Assembly (NCBI RefSeq): GCF_964355755.1
Contig: NC_092671.1
Coordinates: forward strand, 2,356,001 to 2,420,000
Reading direction: 5' to 3'
DNA from: Antedon mediterranea
Taxonomy: Eukaryota > Animalia > Echinodermata
DNA length: 64,000 bases
Positions 24,784 to 38,100 of the stretch are shown here, one piece after another (the first letter of the stretch is position 1; each line of letters begins with the position of its first letter). Both the position numbers and the translations under genes were made by a program. The notes beneath the pieces were generated by a model, which was given only the letters and a program-made list of their open reading frames with translations, had not been told where the DNA came from and made no database searches.

Positions 24784-27700
24784 ATCCCGCTCTGCCCCTT
24801 TTCTCACGTCCGTTCTCTGCTACTCTTCCTGCCTAACTCTGCCTCCATCTGCTGCCCTCTATCTTTTTCTTCTACCCCAAAATCATTACAATATATTTAA
24901 AGTCCGATTTTCATTATTCATGTTTTTGGGAGACAATCTTTAAGTAATATTTATTGCTGTTCAAATTATCCGTCAAGTTAACTATTTTTAAAGTTTCATA
25001 ATATACAATTTAAAAAAAAATAGAGTTAGCAGCACTAGATAATCATTGACTCGTTCTCAATTGTTGGCTAATAGATCTCTTAAACCAAATATGAGCTGAA
25101 TCTGTAGCTGTCTCATTAGGTACATCTATACAGTGTTTACGTTTCAGATTGACTGCTACAATGTACAGTTGTCTTCGTCACGGTGGGTATCAATTAATGG
25201 AGATGAACTTGTTAACTGGGGAGGGTCAACAGGAAGTGATTCCTACCAATGCCCTTGCTCACTTGATGGTAAGGTATACTTCAATCATATTCTTGAATGT
25301 CTGGTCTGATTATAACACAACGTTGATACACAGAGACTTAATCATACATACAAAACGCTACAACTTTCAGGAAAAAGCCCGTCTAGCAATTAATGTGCTA
25401 TGACTTGTTGGGGGTGGGGTGGGGGGGGGGGAATGATTTTACTTAATGATTATTTGGAGACGTGACGTGTTCTCACATTTAATTTAACTGGATCCCTCGG
25501 TTCAAGGTCTATAAAGAACATGCTTTTTTTTTTATTCTTAAATTTTTTAATAGTTGAGGGAGATTATTTAGAGGGTTAGGTTTAGTATATTTAGGAAGTA
25601 ATTTTTTATAATAGAAAATAATTAAGGTAATAAACTCATTGTAAATTGTCAACAGACACTGTGCTACATAACAGTGTACGGTGTTAAAAGTACAGCATTT
25701 ATGCAGACAGCAACGTGGATAACTTTCTATAGTTATACAGATATCACCTAGGGACAGTAGCAGAATCGGTTGGTTAAACTTTGTTTTCACACAATTCCTG
25801 CTTTTCATAACTAAAAAGCTATTATACTTTGTCTTATGATATTGTCGTAAGCGCGCGTGTATACAAACATTTCGTCGTCGTTATGATTCTGATTATGATT
25901 ATGATTATGATTCTGATGTGTATTTACCACAAATGGTCACTTAAAGAACTGTGCATTAGCGTATGATTGTAGTAGTATACTTTAGATTGTACAGTATCAT
26001 ATTTTCTATTGTCTATTCTTTCTTGTATTAAGGATCTTGTCAAAGTGCTAGCTACGCCTGCAACTGTCAGATTAATGATAACGTATGGCGGGAAGACAGT
26101 GGATATATTACAAGCAAGGAAGATTTACCAATGAAAGAGATACTAATAGCAGATACAGACGATAGTGTTGAAAAAGCTTATTTCACAATAGGACCTCTTG
26201 AATGTACAGGTAAACTATTAATATTAAGATTGGTAATGCACTTATACTTTATTTTATTTACTCTAAAGCCAAACAGAAGAAATCAAAACCGCCCAAACAT
26301 ACCAGAGTCTGAAACTTGGTAATTCCCAGGGGTCTGTTTCTGCTGCATAACGCAATTTAACCGGTTATTTTTAAATAGATTAAAAATAGATAACGCAACG
26401 CAAGAACGTAGACGCAACGTATTGACGCGAGTGCCGTAAGAACATGGCGGTGTGTGTTCCAAGCGGGAACCGACGGCGTAAGCACGGTGTCGTAGACGTA
26501 TATTCAACACCGTTTTCTGCTTTGCGTACGTCGCAACTGTGATGATTCAAAATTCCGTAAAAGAGGGTTGCGAAATTGATAGAGTACGAGTATTTTCTTA
26601 CGTTGCGTCGTTACGTTGCGAGAAAGAAAAACAATTCGGCACACATGGCGTGTCATAACTTACTTCAGAAGTTTTTTAATCGTTTGCGATGCTAGCTGGT
26701 AAAAAGAAACTTTCTAGAAACTTAAAATGGTAGTGTAACAGTACGTTAAATAAAAAAAGAAACAAAATGCATCTTTAAGATTATCATGGTAAAGAAAGCC
26801 GAGTCACTATCAGTTTACATTATTTTCCCGGTAGGTCCTGCGGCCAAGACGATTACGTACGGAACATCTTGCTACAAAGTGATAACTGCACCAATCACGT
26901 GGCAAGAGGCAATGAACGCGTGTCAACAAATCAACGCTCACCTAGCAACTAGTGACGATGATGATGAACGCGTTTATCTGACCAAGTTGACGCACGCTCT
27001 CGTTGGACCACTGTCAACGCTGTGGTCTGGTGCAGAATGTACTCCAATCGACTCTGCAGACAATGTTACCTGTTATGCCAAATATGGTTATATTTGCGAA
27101 AGTGAATGTAAGTTTTGAATGTATATAATCATTAACACAATAATGCTCCCGCTAGACCAAATGTGTTTATATAAATCACTGAATTTACTGTTGTTTTCAG
27201 TCGGACAGTACAGAAGCTTCAAACGCGTCAGTTCTGACCAATCACCTAACACCATTCTGTCGTCTAGGAAAGCCATGAGTTCTGGTGTCTGTAGCTTGTA
27301 TTGTGAAGACACTGCCAACTGCACCTCATTCTCGTACAACGCAGACACGCATGATTGCAAGATGAGCAACGAGACCACCGACTCCAGTGCCGTTTCGGAG
27401 GACGGTTATGAACTGTTTATTTTACAAACGACGTACGAAAGTTGTCAAATGCATCTGAATTAGATAAAATAAATCTATTCGGATGAATTATTATTATTTT
27501 TTTTATATTTAGGTGTACTGATGCGATGAGTGTAGACGATTGTTAATGTAAAGGGTTAGAGAGTAATATGTGATATTTTGGTAGTATATATTCAGAGTTG
27601 ATGGTTGGATGATAACTTGGCATTTGTGGGCATAAGGGCCCCCAACAGTTTTCTGTTAATGGCATACCTTATAGGCCTAACAATTCAACCATTCGTTGAA

Positions 27701-29148
27701 ATAAAACCTTTCATTAAGATTGAAACAAATCATTTGACGGATCGAGCGGGACATTTACAATGTAAAATAAGACATTAGGTTCATCATGATTAATTGATGA
27801 CGTAATCTGAACATTTACTAAGGTTCACATGAAGTTAGTTTGGTTTGCAGACTTTTTTTGAATGATACAAAAATTTGAAACAAAAGTCGTTCAAAAATGA
27901 AATAAATAGACCTTCTTTATGGTACATTTTCTTTAAAAGATTTGAATAATAAATGCCCGATATTGAGAAAATAACGTTTTATTTATTTATATTTCAACAA
28001 TTGTTGTTTCAGTTTCAATTAAAAGTCTTACTCGATTCGATTGTAAGTACTCTTTTTGAAACCAAAATGACGTCCGTTTGATCATTGGTTGATTCGAAAT
28101 CTATATTTACATACCATACGGCCCGCCCTATATAGCCAAATACGGTATGATAACCTACGTCATTCTTATTTGCTGTCTGAAAATCGATTTCTATACTCGT
28201 TTTAATTGTAATTTTCAGACAAACATCGAAAAGCTGACTAGTGAACTAACATAAAATAAACAATAACTACAGACTTGGGTGGGGAAAGTCTACAATGGGC
28301 GTTAAGGTGATTGTTAATATAGGTAGAGAGTAAAAGGTGATATTTTGGTATATCATTAATTCAGGGAAGGTAATGCTGGTGACATTGAAAGCCAATCTCT
28401 AAAATAAAAACATTATTCTGCTGTTAATAAAACGGCATACATTATGAGATCTAACAATTCAACCTTGTTAAAATAAAACCTATCATTGAGATTGAAACAA
28501 GTCATTAAAAGACTATAGAACATTCGGTTCAGTTCAGCAGTGATTTGACCAATCACAAGCGATCCTTATTGGTCAAATTACTTTTGGCACGCTTTATTAT
28601 TATCTATACACTTTCAGTGCTAAAACATTGATTTCCAAAGTTGTTCAGTAGAGAACATTAACAATATAATAAAAATAATTCACAACTAAACTCATTAGTA
28701 CACAGAAATTTATAAAAACGTAACTCTCTACAAAACATACAGTATATATAACTAATTGAAGGAATTCAAGGTAAAACTTAATCAGTAATATTTTGGATTG
28801 AATTTTTAAAAGTTGAAAGTGTCATAGATTTATAGTTTGTTTTGTGTCATTTGAAACTGTATTAATAATTTGGTTGCGCTTTCGTTCAATTGGGAGCTCT
28901 AATTATAAAACTCTACTTATCTGAATGTAAATAATGCAAAACTATAAGTGGTTTTAAAATGTAAGATGTTTGGTTCTGTGATTAAGTTTTGGCGTCCGTC
29001 CGTCTTACCAGACGAAATAACGTTTATATGAACATCGCGTGTTTTTGGTTTTAATTATTTACTCTGTATGTAAAAAAGTCACGTACATGAATATCGAATC
29101 GGTGATCTATCACACATCGACTCAAGAATCAGAAAAGAAGACATCGTC

Positions 29149-32100
29149 ATGTTTTCGCTGTTACTGCTGGTACTTTTTATTCCATTTAAACAAAGTAAGT
29201 TTAAATTAGTTTTACATAGGGCTTTCACTGGATTAATTCGAATGTATAGTAGTAGCAAAAGGCCGGGTGGCAAAAGCCCAGGTGGCTGGAGACCGGGTGG
29301 CAAAATGGACGGGGTGGCAAAAGTCCAGGTGGCAACGGGCCGGAACCCGTGGTATAATATTCTGAAAAAAAAAAACAAAGTCGTAGGTGCTAAAATATTG
29401 TATAACTGAACTAAACTAACTATTCTCCAAAAATTACTTCCTTTAAAGCTAGATATTGATTAATTTTCACAAAGCCAAAACGTTTGTATCTAAGACAGGA
29501 GGACCACAATGTAAAACAGGATTGTGAAATCCTAAATAAATATGTTGTTATCGAAAAACACAAAGTATATTATTATAATGTTATTAAGTCAAATTTTGAA
29601 ACCATTTTATTTTTAGCTTATAAAAAAGTACAAAAATAAATTGACAAAGTTAATACTGTAGTCCAAAGAAAAACTTATAATTATTAATTAATTAATAATA
29701 ATAAAAACGATTTTTCCAAAGCCTGGAAAATTATTAATACCTAACTTAGGAAGAAACATACCACAATAAATTTCCCAAATAAGATAATCTCTCTCAACAG
29801 AATGAGAGTATTACTGAAATCACAGATTAAAAGCTATTATATATTAATTTAATTGCTTTTCACAAATATTTGTCCAGAGCTAAAAACATTCCAAATAATC
29901 AGTAATAAGTTTGCCGTCTATTAATTTTTAATTTGCTTGATTGATATAAATAATGCAACAGGCTATATGACAACATTCCTGCTAAATTAATTCGTATTGC
30001 TACACCATGTATTTACTTACCTCTTAGTTACATTTTTAATATTTCATTTCAAATATCCTAACTTCCAAATGCACTAAAATTGCACGGGTAAATTCCAATT
30101 TTAAAAATTTAAAAAGAAATTTTTTTTGTAAGAATTACAGACATTTCTATTCTCCCTGTGCTATTAAGTGAAATTATATTTGTCCATGATTTCAATACAG
30201 TTTTTGACACAATTGATCATTCGATACTATGTTCCAAAATGATCTCATTATGGCATTCGAGGTAATGCACTTCTTTGGTTAAAACATTATCTTAGCAACA
30301 GAAAATAAATTATTCCATTAAACAACTATTTCTCAGATACACTTTATATTGTTTGTGGGATTCCCCCAAGGTTCCGTATTTTGTTGGGGGGGGGGGGGGA
30401 TAAAACTTATTTTGAACAGGAACCAATTAATCCTATAGAGAGTTCTTTGCACATAACTTGTACAAAACGTGTGTGCTGTACTAAAAGGAAATCCTTGGGC
30501 TCACACTCTTTTGTCTCCCCTCTTCCCACTCCAGCAGATCTGCGCCGTTGATTTCCTATAATAACCGCTATATTTCTTCGGTTCACTTTTTCTTTATTAG
30601 TTACCGTGAGAAATTAACTTATTCCTCAATGTCTTTAGTCAATGGCCAGGTTTCGTGTGCTCAGCTTAAAAAAGACGGTGATTTAACGAATGGTATGAAA
30701 ACAATCAACCCAAAGGAAACTGGCCAATCAGGAGATGAGATAACTGTTGAATGTGACATGACGTCAGATCCAACTGATGGCAAGTTTATGGTGTTTTCTG
30801 TTATTTATCAAATCATATTCAATATTAGCAGCTAAAATAATAAACGATGTGTACCAACCTAAGAATAGATAATGCGTGAATGAGAATAAATGTGGAACTA
30901 AATGCTAAAGAAACATTATGTTGACATGTAAAAAATACTCGATATTAACATCGGCATAAATATCGATATGACGTTTGCTTTCTGTACTACAATGACTTTA
31001 ATAACAATATATTACCAGATTTAATATGAAACAGGTTTGAGCATCAGCATTGGCTCGACTGCGGGAACGAAAGCTTTGTAGAGTAGGCTATCGCTTTTTG
31101 TAGAGCGATAGCCTATTGTAATTGTCACAAATTTCATTTTTTCTGGTCATTTTTTGTGCGCAGCAGATCTCTAAAACGGCGAAAGCATTGACTCGACTGC
31201 GGGAACAAAAGCTTTACTCATGGTGCGAAATTTAATTAATTTTCATTTCAAGTGAATTTTTATCAGTAAAATTCCATCAAGAGTGGATCCATTGGTTAGC
31301 GCACGTGTGAAACAATCAACAACGTACAGTATTTTGAAAACGATCAATCAACAAATTGATTTGTTCTTGCAGGCATCACAATCATTCAGCATAACACTAA
31401 TACATCGTTACTGATTACTGGGAGTTCATACCATGACCCCGGATCGTATGTACGGACAATAACATACAGTGGGTACACAATGGAACAGATCACACAACTA
31501 GTGCAAAAATCAGCATCATGTGAACAGTACATTAAGGTAAAAATGTAACTGTTTATAATATAAATGCATGAGCCAGGTAGAGGTCACAGGAACAATACCA
31601 CAATTCTGTATACTACTACTATCCTTTTTTTCTGCAGCTTGATTGTCACAATTCAAAACTAAAAGAAAACCCTAATATTTATTATTGGTGGGTTTCACGA
31701 GACGGTGCCGATATGTACATGTGGGGAGGAGTGAAAACGTACGGCAGGACGTGCGCATGCGCATTAAATGGTGAGTAAACCCACATAGTAATTAGAATTA
31801 GATTAATAGATGATGGTGAATAATCCACAACTTGGAACAATAATAAATAATGGCGAATTAGACATGCGCATGCGTATTAGATACGGTAGTGAGTTTTGGT
31901 AAGTACCAAAGAGCAGTCGATGCACTGGTATCATTAATTAATATATCGCCATTTGTAAATAGTATCGATTTATGCTTTTTTTTCAATCTTACATTTTTTA
32001 TAGACATATTTAATATGTACGATTGTAATAATTGTATCACGAACTCCTCTTACGTATGTTCCCGAGCGGTTGAAAATTCTTTAGGAACTCCCTTGTGACA

Positions 32101-35100
32101 TAAAAGTATACACACAAAATCCACAAGTTGTAAAATAACTCAAAAACAAAGCTTTAACTTCAACTTTCAACAATCCAGTAAGCACTTTAAACAACAGCTT
32201 CACAATAAATTTTACAATATAATATCCAACCTCCAACAACCTTCTTCTTCAAAATAAATGCTTCAATCAAAAATACTTCTCCCTCTTACAATTGTCATAC
32301 TTCTCCTTATATACATTATGGTCATAACCTTCTAGATCATTCCTTATAATTCTTATTATTACATGATTACAGTTTCTATTAATAGCATACTGGAATGTTC
32401 CTGATTGTTCTTATTAATTAAACATGGTTTCTTAAATCAAAACATCTTATTATAGAATGTTCATGTAGACACTATGATACTGTGTTAGGAATAGTAATTT
32501 ATTACATAAGTAAATAACTAAACATGTTATTGTGTTTTATTAACTTTTATGAACAGCAAAGTTGTACTGTTTGTATATTTGATTGGTATAGAATTAAGTT
32601 TGTTTAGTTCATATACATCATGCCTATCTGAGATAGGCGGAAACAATAATGCAAAACGGTTAACCGTGTTGGTTACTCACTTGCTGTCTCATATGTTCAC
32701 GATAGGTAGATTCCATAACATTTAATTAGGACTATTGTATAAACAATTACTTACCTCAGAAAAAATCGAAGATTCCAAGGGTTTCACTTCCGCCGTCCAC
32801 CGTGGCATTCTGTAATTTTCCATTGTTTCATTACTAATTTTCTTGGTGTTTCAGTACTAATTTGCGATGGTGTTTCATTTTTAAGTTTCCGTGATATTTT
32901 TGTTAAATTGCCGTGATGTTTTATTTTTAATTTGCCGTGGGTTTTTTTCAAATTGCCGTGGGTTTTTTTCAAATTGCCGTGGCTTTTTTTTTTAAAGTTG
33001 CAGTGATATTATTTGAAAGTTGCTGTGACACTTATAGGCCACCGTACTTTCCCGAGTCTCAAATTTATTGAAGGCAATAAAGTTTCTGGAAACATAGTAG
33101 TATACATTTGTTCTATTTTGTGATTTATTTTAATGGTAAAGAGTATTTTTTATCTTTTTTCATTTCAGGAACTTGTGATAAACCAGGTTACGCCTGTAAC
33201 TGTGATATAAATGACAACAAACTACGAAGTGATGATGGACTTTTGACCGATAGAGCCCGTTTGCCAGTTACCAAAATGTATGGTGGGGACGTAGAATCAA
33301 GTTATGAATATTCTTATCTTACACTTGGTCCGTTAAAATGTCAAGGTAGGTAAAAAATGATGAAATGGAATCTTCAGAAAATTGCGTAAATGGCGTTCAA
33401 ATAGGCATTAAATACAAAGCGTTCCGTGTTTATCTACACAACATTATAATGAATATAAAACAATACAATACAAACCAAACAGGTCTTTGTGTAATGAAGA
33501 CGCATTAAGTCAACAAGTTCTAAAATGAAAATAATTACTACCTACCAAACGTAAATATTTTTGTTACTTTAGATCATAAAAACATTATGAATAAGAACAT
33601 TATAATAAGAATGGTTAGGTGGTGATAACTGAGAACTAGTGCACATCTTATTTTTTATTTAGGATTTGCACCTCCAGTTCTACGTTCATGCGGTGAGGTA
33701 AGAGCGGCTGGATTCACAAAGACTGATTCTTATCTCATTGATCCAGACGGTGATAGCAGTGACAATGCTTATTGGGCATATTGTGATCTTGACGTTTACA
33801 AAGATGAAGGTTTGTCTTTCGGCCAGTGACGTAACTGCTATACTTGACAAAACGTTTTGTAAGCATTTTGTCAAGTATTACTTGCCTTGTATGTTTGTAA
33901 AGTTTGTGTGAACGGTATCGTAAAAAACGTTATCCCCGCCGAATTCTGTTCTGTCTGTTTTTTTTGGCAAATAGTTTTAAACCAACAGACCATAACTGGA
34001 TATTTTCCGGAAAATCGATTCAAGAAATTATATTGGTCCAGTTTAAAATGGAAATTTATTTTGCTTGGTATAATCAATACAATATAAAAACAAGAAAAAT
34101 ACATCGAATTGCAAAAAAAAGGAAATGTTAAAATACTATTTACAGGCAAGGTAAAACACTATAAAAAATTTAACTATTTAAAAGATTAAAAATTAAAAAC
34201 AAAAATTACATTTTTCAATTTTTTTTTTTTAAGTCAGACAATTTCTAGTTATCTGTAACTTCAATTTGGGTTAAAATACTAAATAGCGCGCCCTCTGTTG
34301 GTCTTTACATTTTGCAAAGTATTTATTTGTTGTTTACCACACACAAATACAATTACAGTAATTCATAAACTATATCATTGTATTTAATTTGGATTGACAG
34401 TGTGTTAAATTGACCGTGTTTGTCTACTAAAGATTGACATAAATATAGGGATGGATTATTTATATGCATTGCTTATTTTTATCTCGTATCTTTCAATATA
34501 TCTTATAATGTTTTCTGCTGCTGACCTTGTTGACATTCAAGATAATTTGACCTTTTGACTTTGTACCACGAGAAAACTAAATAAAACAAATTAATAAGAT
34601 GACAGTTTTGTAATTGTAGTTTTGCGTCAGGGAGTTGAGTAATTAGGTGTTTTGCCCTACTCTGACGTAATTTGTACTTTATACTAAGTACATTGAGAAT
34701 ACTTGCGAAAAAAATCGCAAGTAGTTCTCAGTCGGGCAGCAAAGTGGTTGACCTCGCGAATTATTACCAAATCAAAATTTGAATTGCCGCCATCTTGGAA
34801 TCGCGATAAAGCAAGTAGTGCGGAATTACAAAATGCAGCAAAAAAAAATTTCAATAACATTTAAATAGCATATTCATACAATTAAATTTATATTAATAAA
34901 ATTCAACTAAGGATTTTACGAAAGATAGCCTACTTAAGAAATACTGCCGAGATCGGTTCCCCCACACGGCGTAGGGTACCGCAGTGCTAAGGGGCCTAGG
35001 TAGGAAAAAATCTGATTTTACCTGTTAAACATGCTTGAACCAAGGCCATTTTAATATATATTATCCAGATTATATATCAAAACAAACTGATAAAAGGATT

Positions 35101-38100
35101 TGTTGATTTGCTTCTGATGAGAAAAGTGCCGGATTCATTTCGCTGACGGCGAATGAATACACGAATTTTCGCCATTTTATAGCACTAGCCTTGGGTACCC
35201 AGACAGCTGATAACGATTATATTCGATTGTCCAGACGTCTCTGCTACTGGTGCTCAATACTACAGTATGTATTACCATGGACCTATAGGTCCATGGTATT
35301 ACTGTACATATAGTACTGTATGTTTAGTTTTTGCTTTCTTTATGGCAAAATAAATATTTAATTTTTATTATTGCTTATTTTGCTTTAACTTTATCCAAGA
35401 AGAAGTAAATATTATTATATATATGCATATTACAGTCAAGTTGCAACTGCCACGAATCCACTCCACTTTGGTTACTAAATAACTAAATAATTAATAGTAT
35501 AACATCATAACTAACAAACAAATTAACAAGTTAATAAATTAACCACCATTAAATAATTTTATTTACAAAAAAGTATTTTACATACAGTATAACATGTAAT
35601 ATCTTATTTACATCGAAGTAAAATATGCCTATCAAACTATCTTGCTCAGGCTAAAATATCAAGTTATATGTCAATATTTGAGTTAAATCATCGCGATAAT
35701 AAAAATTTTTATTTTTTTTTATTTTTAAAGACATCTGTTACGTACATCAATTTACAAATATCAAAATAGGATTGTTTTTGCAGCACAAGATGAATCACAA
35801 GTCGGATAGTTTATTCTTAGAAACCTGAAAGAAAAAAAAAACACCAATAATGAGCTATTCATAGTTAAATAATTTTAATGTCAACTTTAGTCATCCTAAA
35901 TCGCCATGATCACTACTATACACAATACTGTATATATAAATATCATATGTACGACCATCCAAATTACCTCATCCTACCTACAGTCCTTCCTAGCCTAGGC
36001 TACATTATTGTCATATATTTACAAACCTCCAACAGCCACAACGTATTTTATTTTCTTTGGCAAAGAATTTCCCGTAATATAGTCCTAAATTAATTAAATA
36101 AATCAAAAGGTCTAGGCCTTTCTTTAAATATCCGACGATATATATCCATAATCCAGTGGATATAGATTCAACATTTTAAACATAATAATAATATGGCTTC
36201 ACATTGATTATAATAAGTCGGCGATATGCCACTAAAAACTAGCCTGCGGCCCTCTCTATCCGCCTACAAATAGCACTGGGTTTCCGTCAAATGGGCTAGG
36301 CTAGGCCTAGCCTAGGCCTAGATAATACTACAAGTTGGGTACATTTTTTTACAACCCAATAATCTACAATTATATTGCAATATTTACCAAACTAGCACCA
36401 AATCCAAAATAATAAAGCTACTAATAACATATTTTGGTATATTAACTGGTTTAAAAACGGATTGCACATAGTGATTTTGAAGGATTGAAATTACTCAACC
36501 ACACGGCCTGTACTAAACATACGAATCCAAGATGGAGTCTGCTTAGAATATATCCCCAGCTTTGAACGGATATTGAATCCGTCCCACAAGCTGAACCAAG
36601 CTTAAACTTTCAGAAAAGATAGATTAATAACCTAATAACCAACCACTAAGTTTTTATAAAGGTTCCGTGCTGATGAGAAAAGTGCCGGATTCCCTACGAA
36701 ACCAAACAAATAAATCATGTAGCCTACCTCAACGAACACCTCCATCTGCACTTTTTTCTTCAATAAGCTCTGTCGTCATTTCCTGGGCTATTTATACCAA
36801 CATTTTGTGGCGGGAATAATCTTCCATATTAGGAGTAACAATTTCCAAATATAGAAAGATATAATTTAACCCGGATGGTGGAAATTGCAGCAGATTTGTA
36901 AGGGTATTCCCATGCAAAATGCTTGCCGCGAAGTGAAAAGCGAACCGGAAGTCACTATAACTTGGCGATGCTCAGTGACCTGCGCAGTTAAAAAACAGCG
37001 TTTTAACGGTTAAATGAGCACTTTGCTGCTCGACTGTTCTTGGGTGGGACTCGAACACGACCTCCAGATCACTAGCCTGGCGTTCATACCTCTAGACCAC
37101 CGAGCTTGCGCTGATGGCTAGTGGTTAGATTCGAGCCCAAGTAAGCAGCGGGTACTGCACCAACAGGATTGTAATTACAATCCTGCTGGTGCAGTACCCG
37201 GAGGTCGTAGGTTGGAGCCCCACCCGAGAACATTCAAGATAATTTGAATAAATGAGAGTTTACATTAAACTTCTTCATTTTAAATAAATTCTTTAGTTAC
37301 TTTGGTGCCGCAAATAATCCAAATATTATAGTTAAAATAACTTATAAGTTGATCTTCATTCTTTATTGCAGTTATTACTGTTGTATTCCATGACGTCCCT
37401 GAACAAACTTATGTCCATGGTTACAGAAATCCAAAATACAGGAAAGTGTTCAACTATGCAATCAGTGACACTCAGTTGCACATGCTCACTACAGGTTCAA
37501 GCGAATGTCGACAATATTTTGAAGTAAGTTTCTTTTAAATTCAAGTAATATTTCCAATTATTTTATTTATTTGCAATCTTTCTACATAACAAAATTAGTT
37601 TAACAGCGGTGTAGCAGTAAAGCAAAAGTATTGAGTTCCTCACGTCCCTGTCAACTAAAGACAATACAAACAAAAACAACAGCAGCAGCAACAAAAACAG
37701 CAACAGCAACAACAACAACAGCAACAGCAGCAGCAGCAACAGCAACAACAACAACAACATCATCAACATTATCATCAACAACAACATCAACAACATCACC
37801 AACAACAACAACATCATCAACAACAACAACATCATCATCATCAACAACATCATCAACAACATCATCAACAACATTAACAACAACATCAACAACATCAACA
37901 TCAACAACAACAGCAACAAAAACAGCAACAAAAACAGCAGCAGCAGCAACAACAACAACAACAATAATATAAATAGAAAATTACATAGAAAAATACCTAT
38001 AATTACATAGGTTTGATATACAAAATAAAGAAACAGTAGTCAAACAATCCAGTCAAGTGCTTTTATTTGTATTGTCGTTGTTTTCGACTCGATTCATCAA

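Larger units (their letters stand above)
13117..27463 (+). pseudogene. Paralog C; exon 4 truncated by a LINE remnant (probable pseudogene or exon-skipped form)
   Basis: Exons 13117-13165, 13549-13689, 14081-14244, 14345-~14420 (broken; in-frame TGA 14444-14446), 15051-15227, 15662-15808, 16464-16615, 25148-25268, 26033-26209, 26835-27107, 27201-27463. All other exons are open and phase-compatible. Confidence 0.78.

Noticed and set aside
32055-32525. Possible solo LTR (strand-biased, TG...CA-like)
   Set aside because: No convincing TSD or second copy in the window.
37563-37972. Poly-Leu and poly-Thr ORFs
   Set aside because: Trinucleotide microsatellite.
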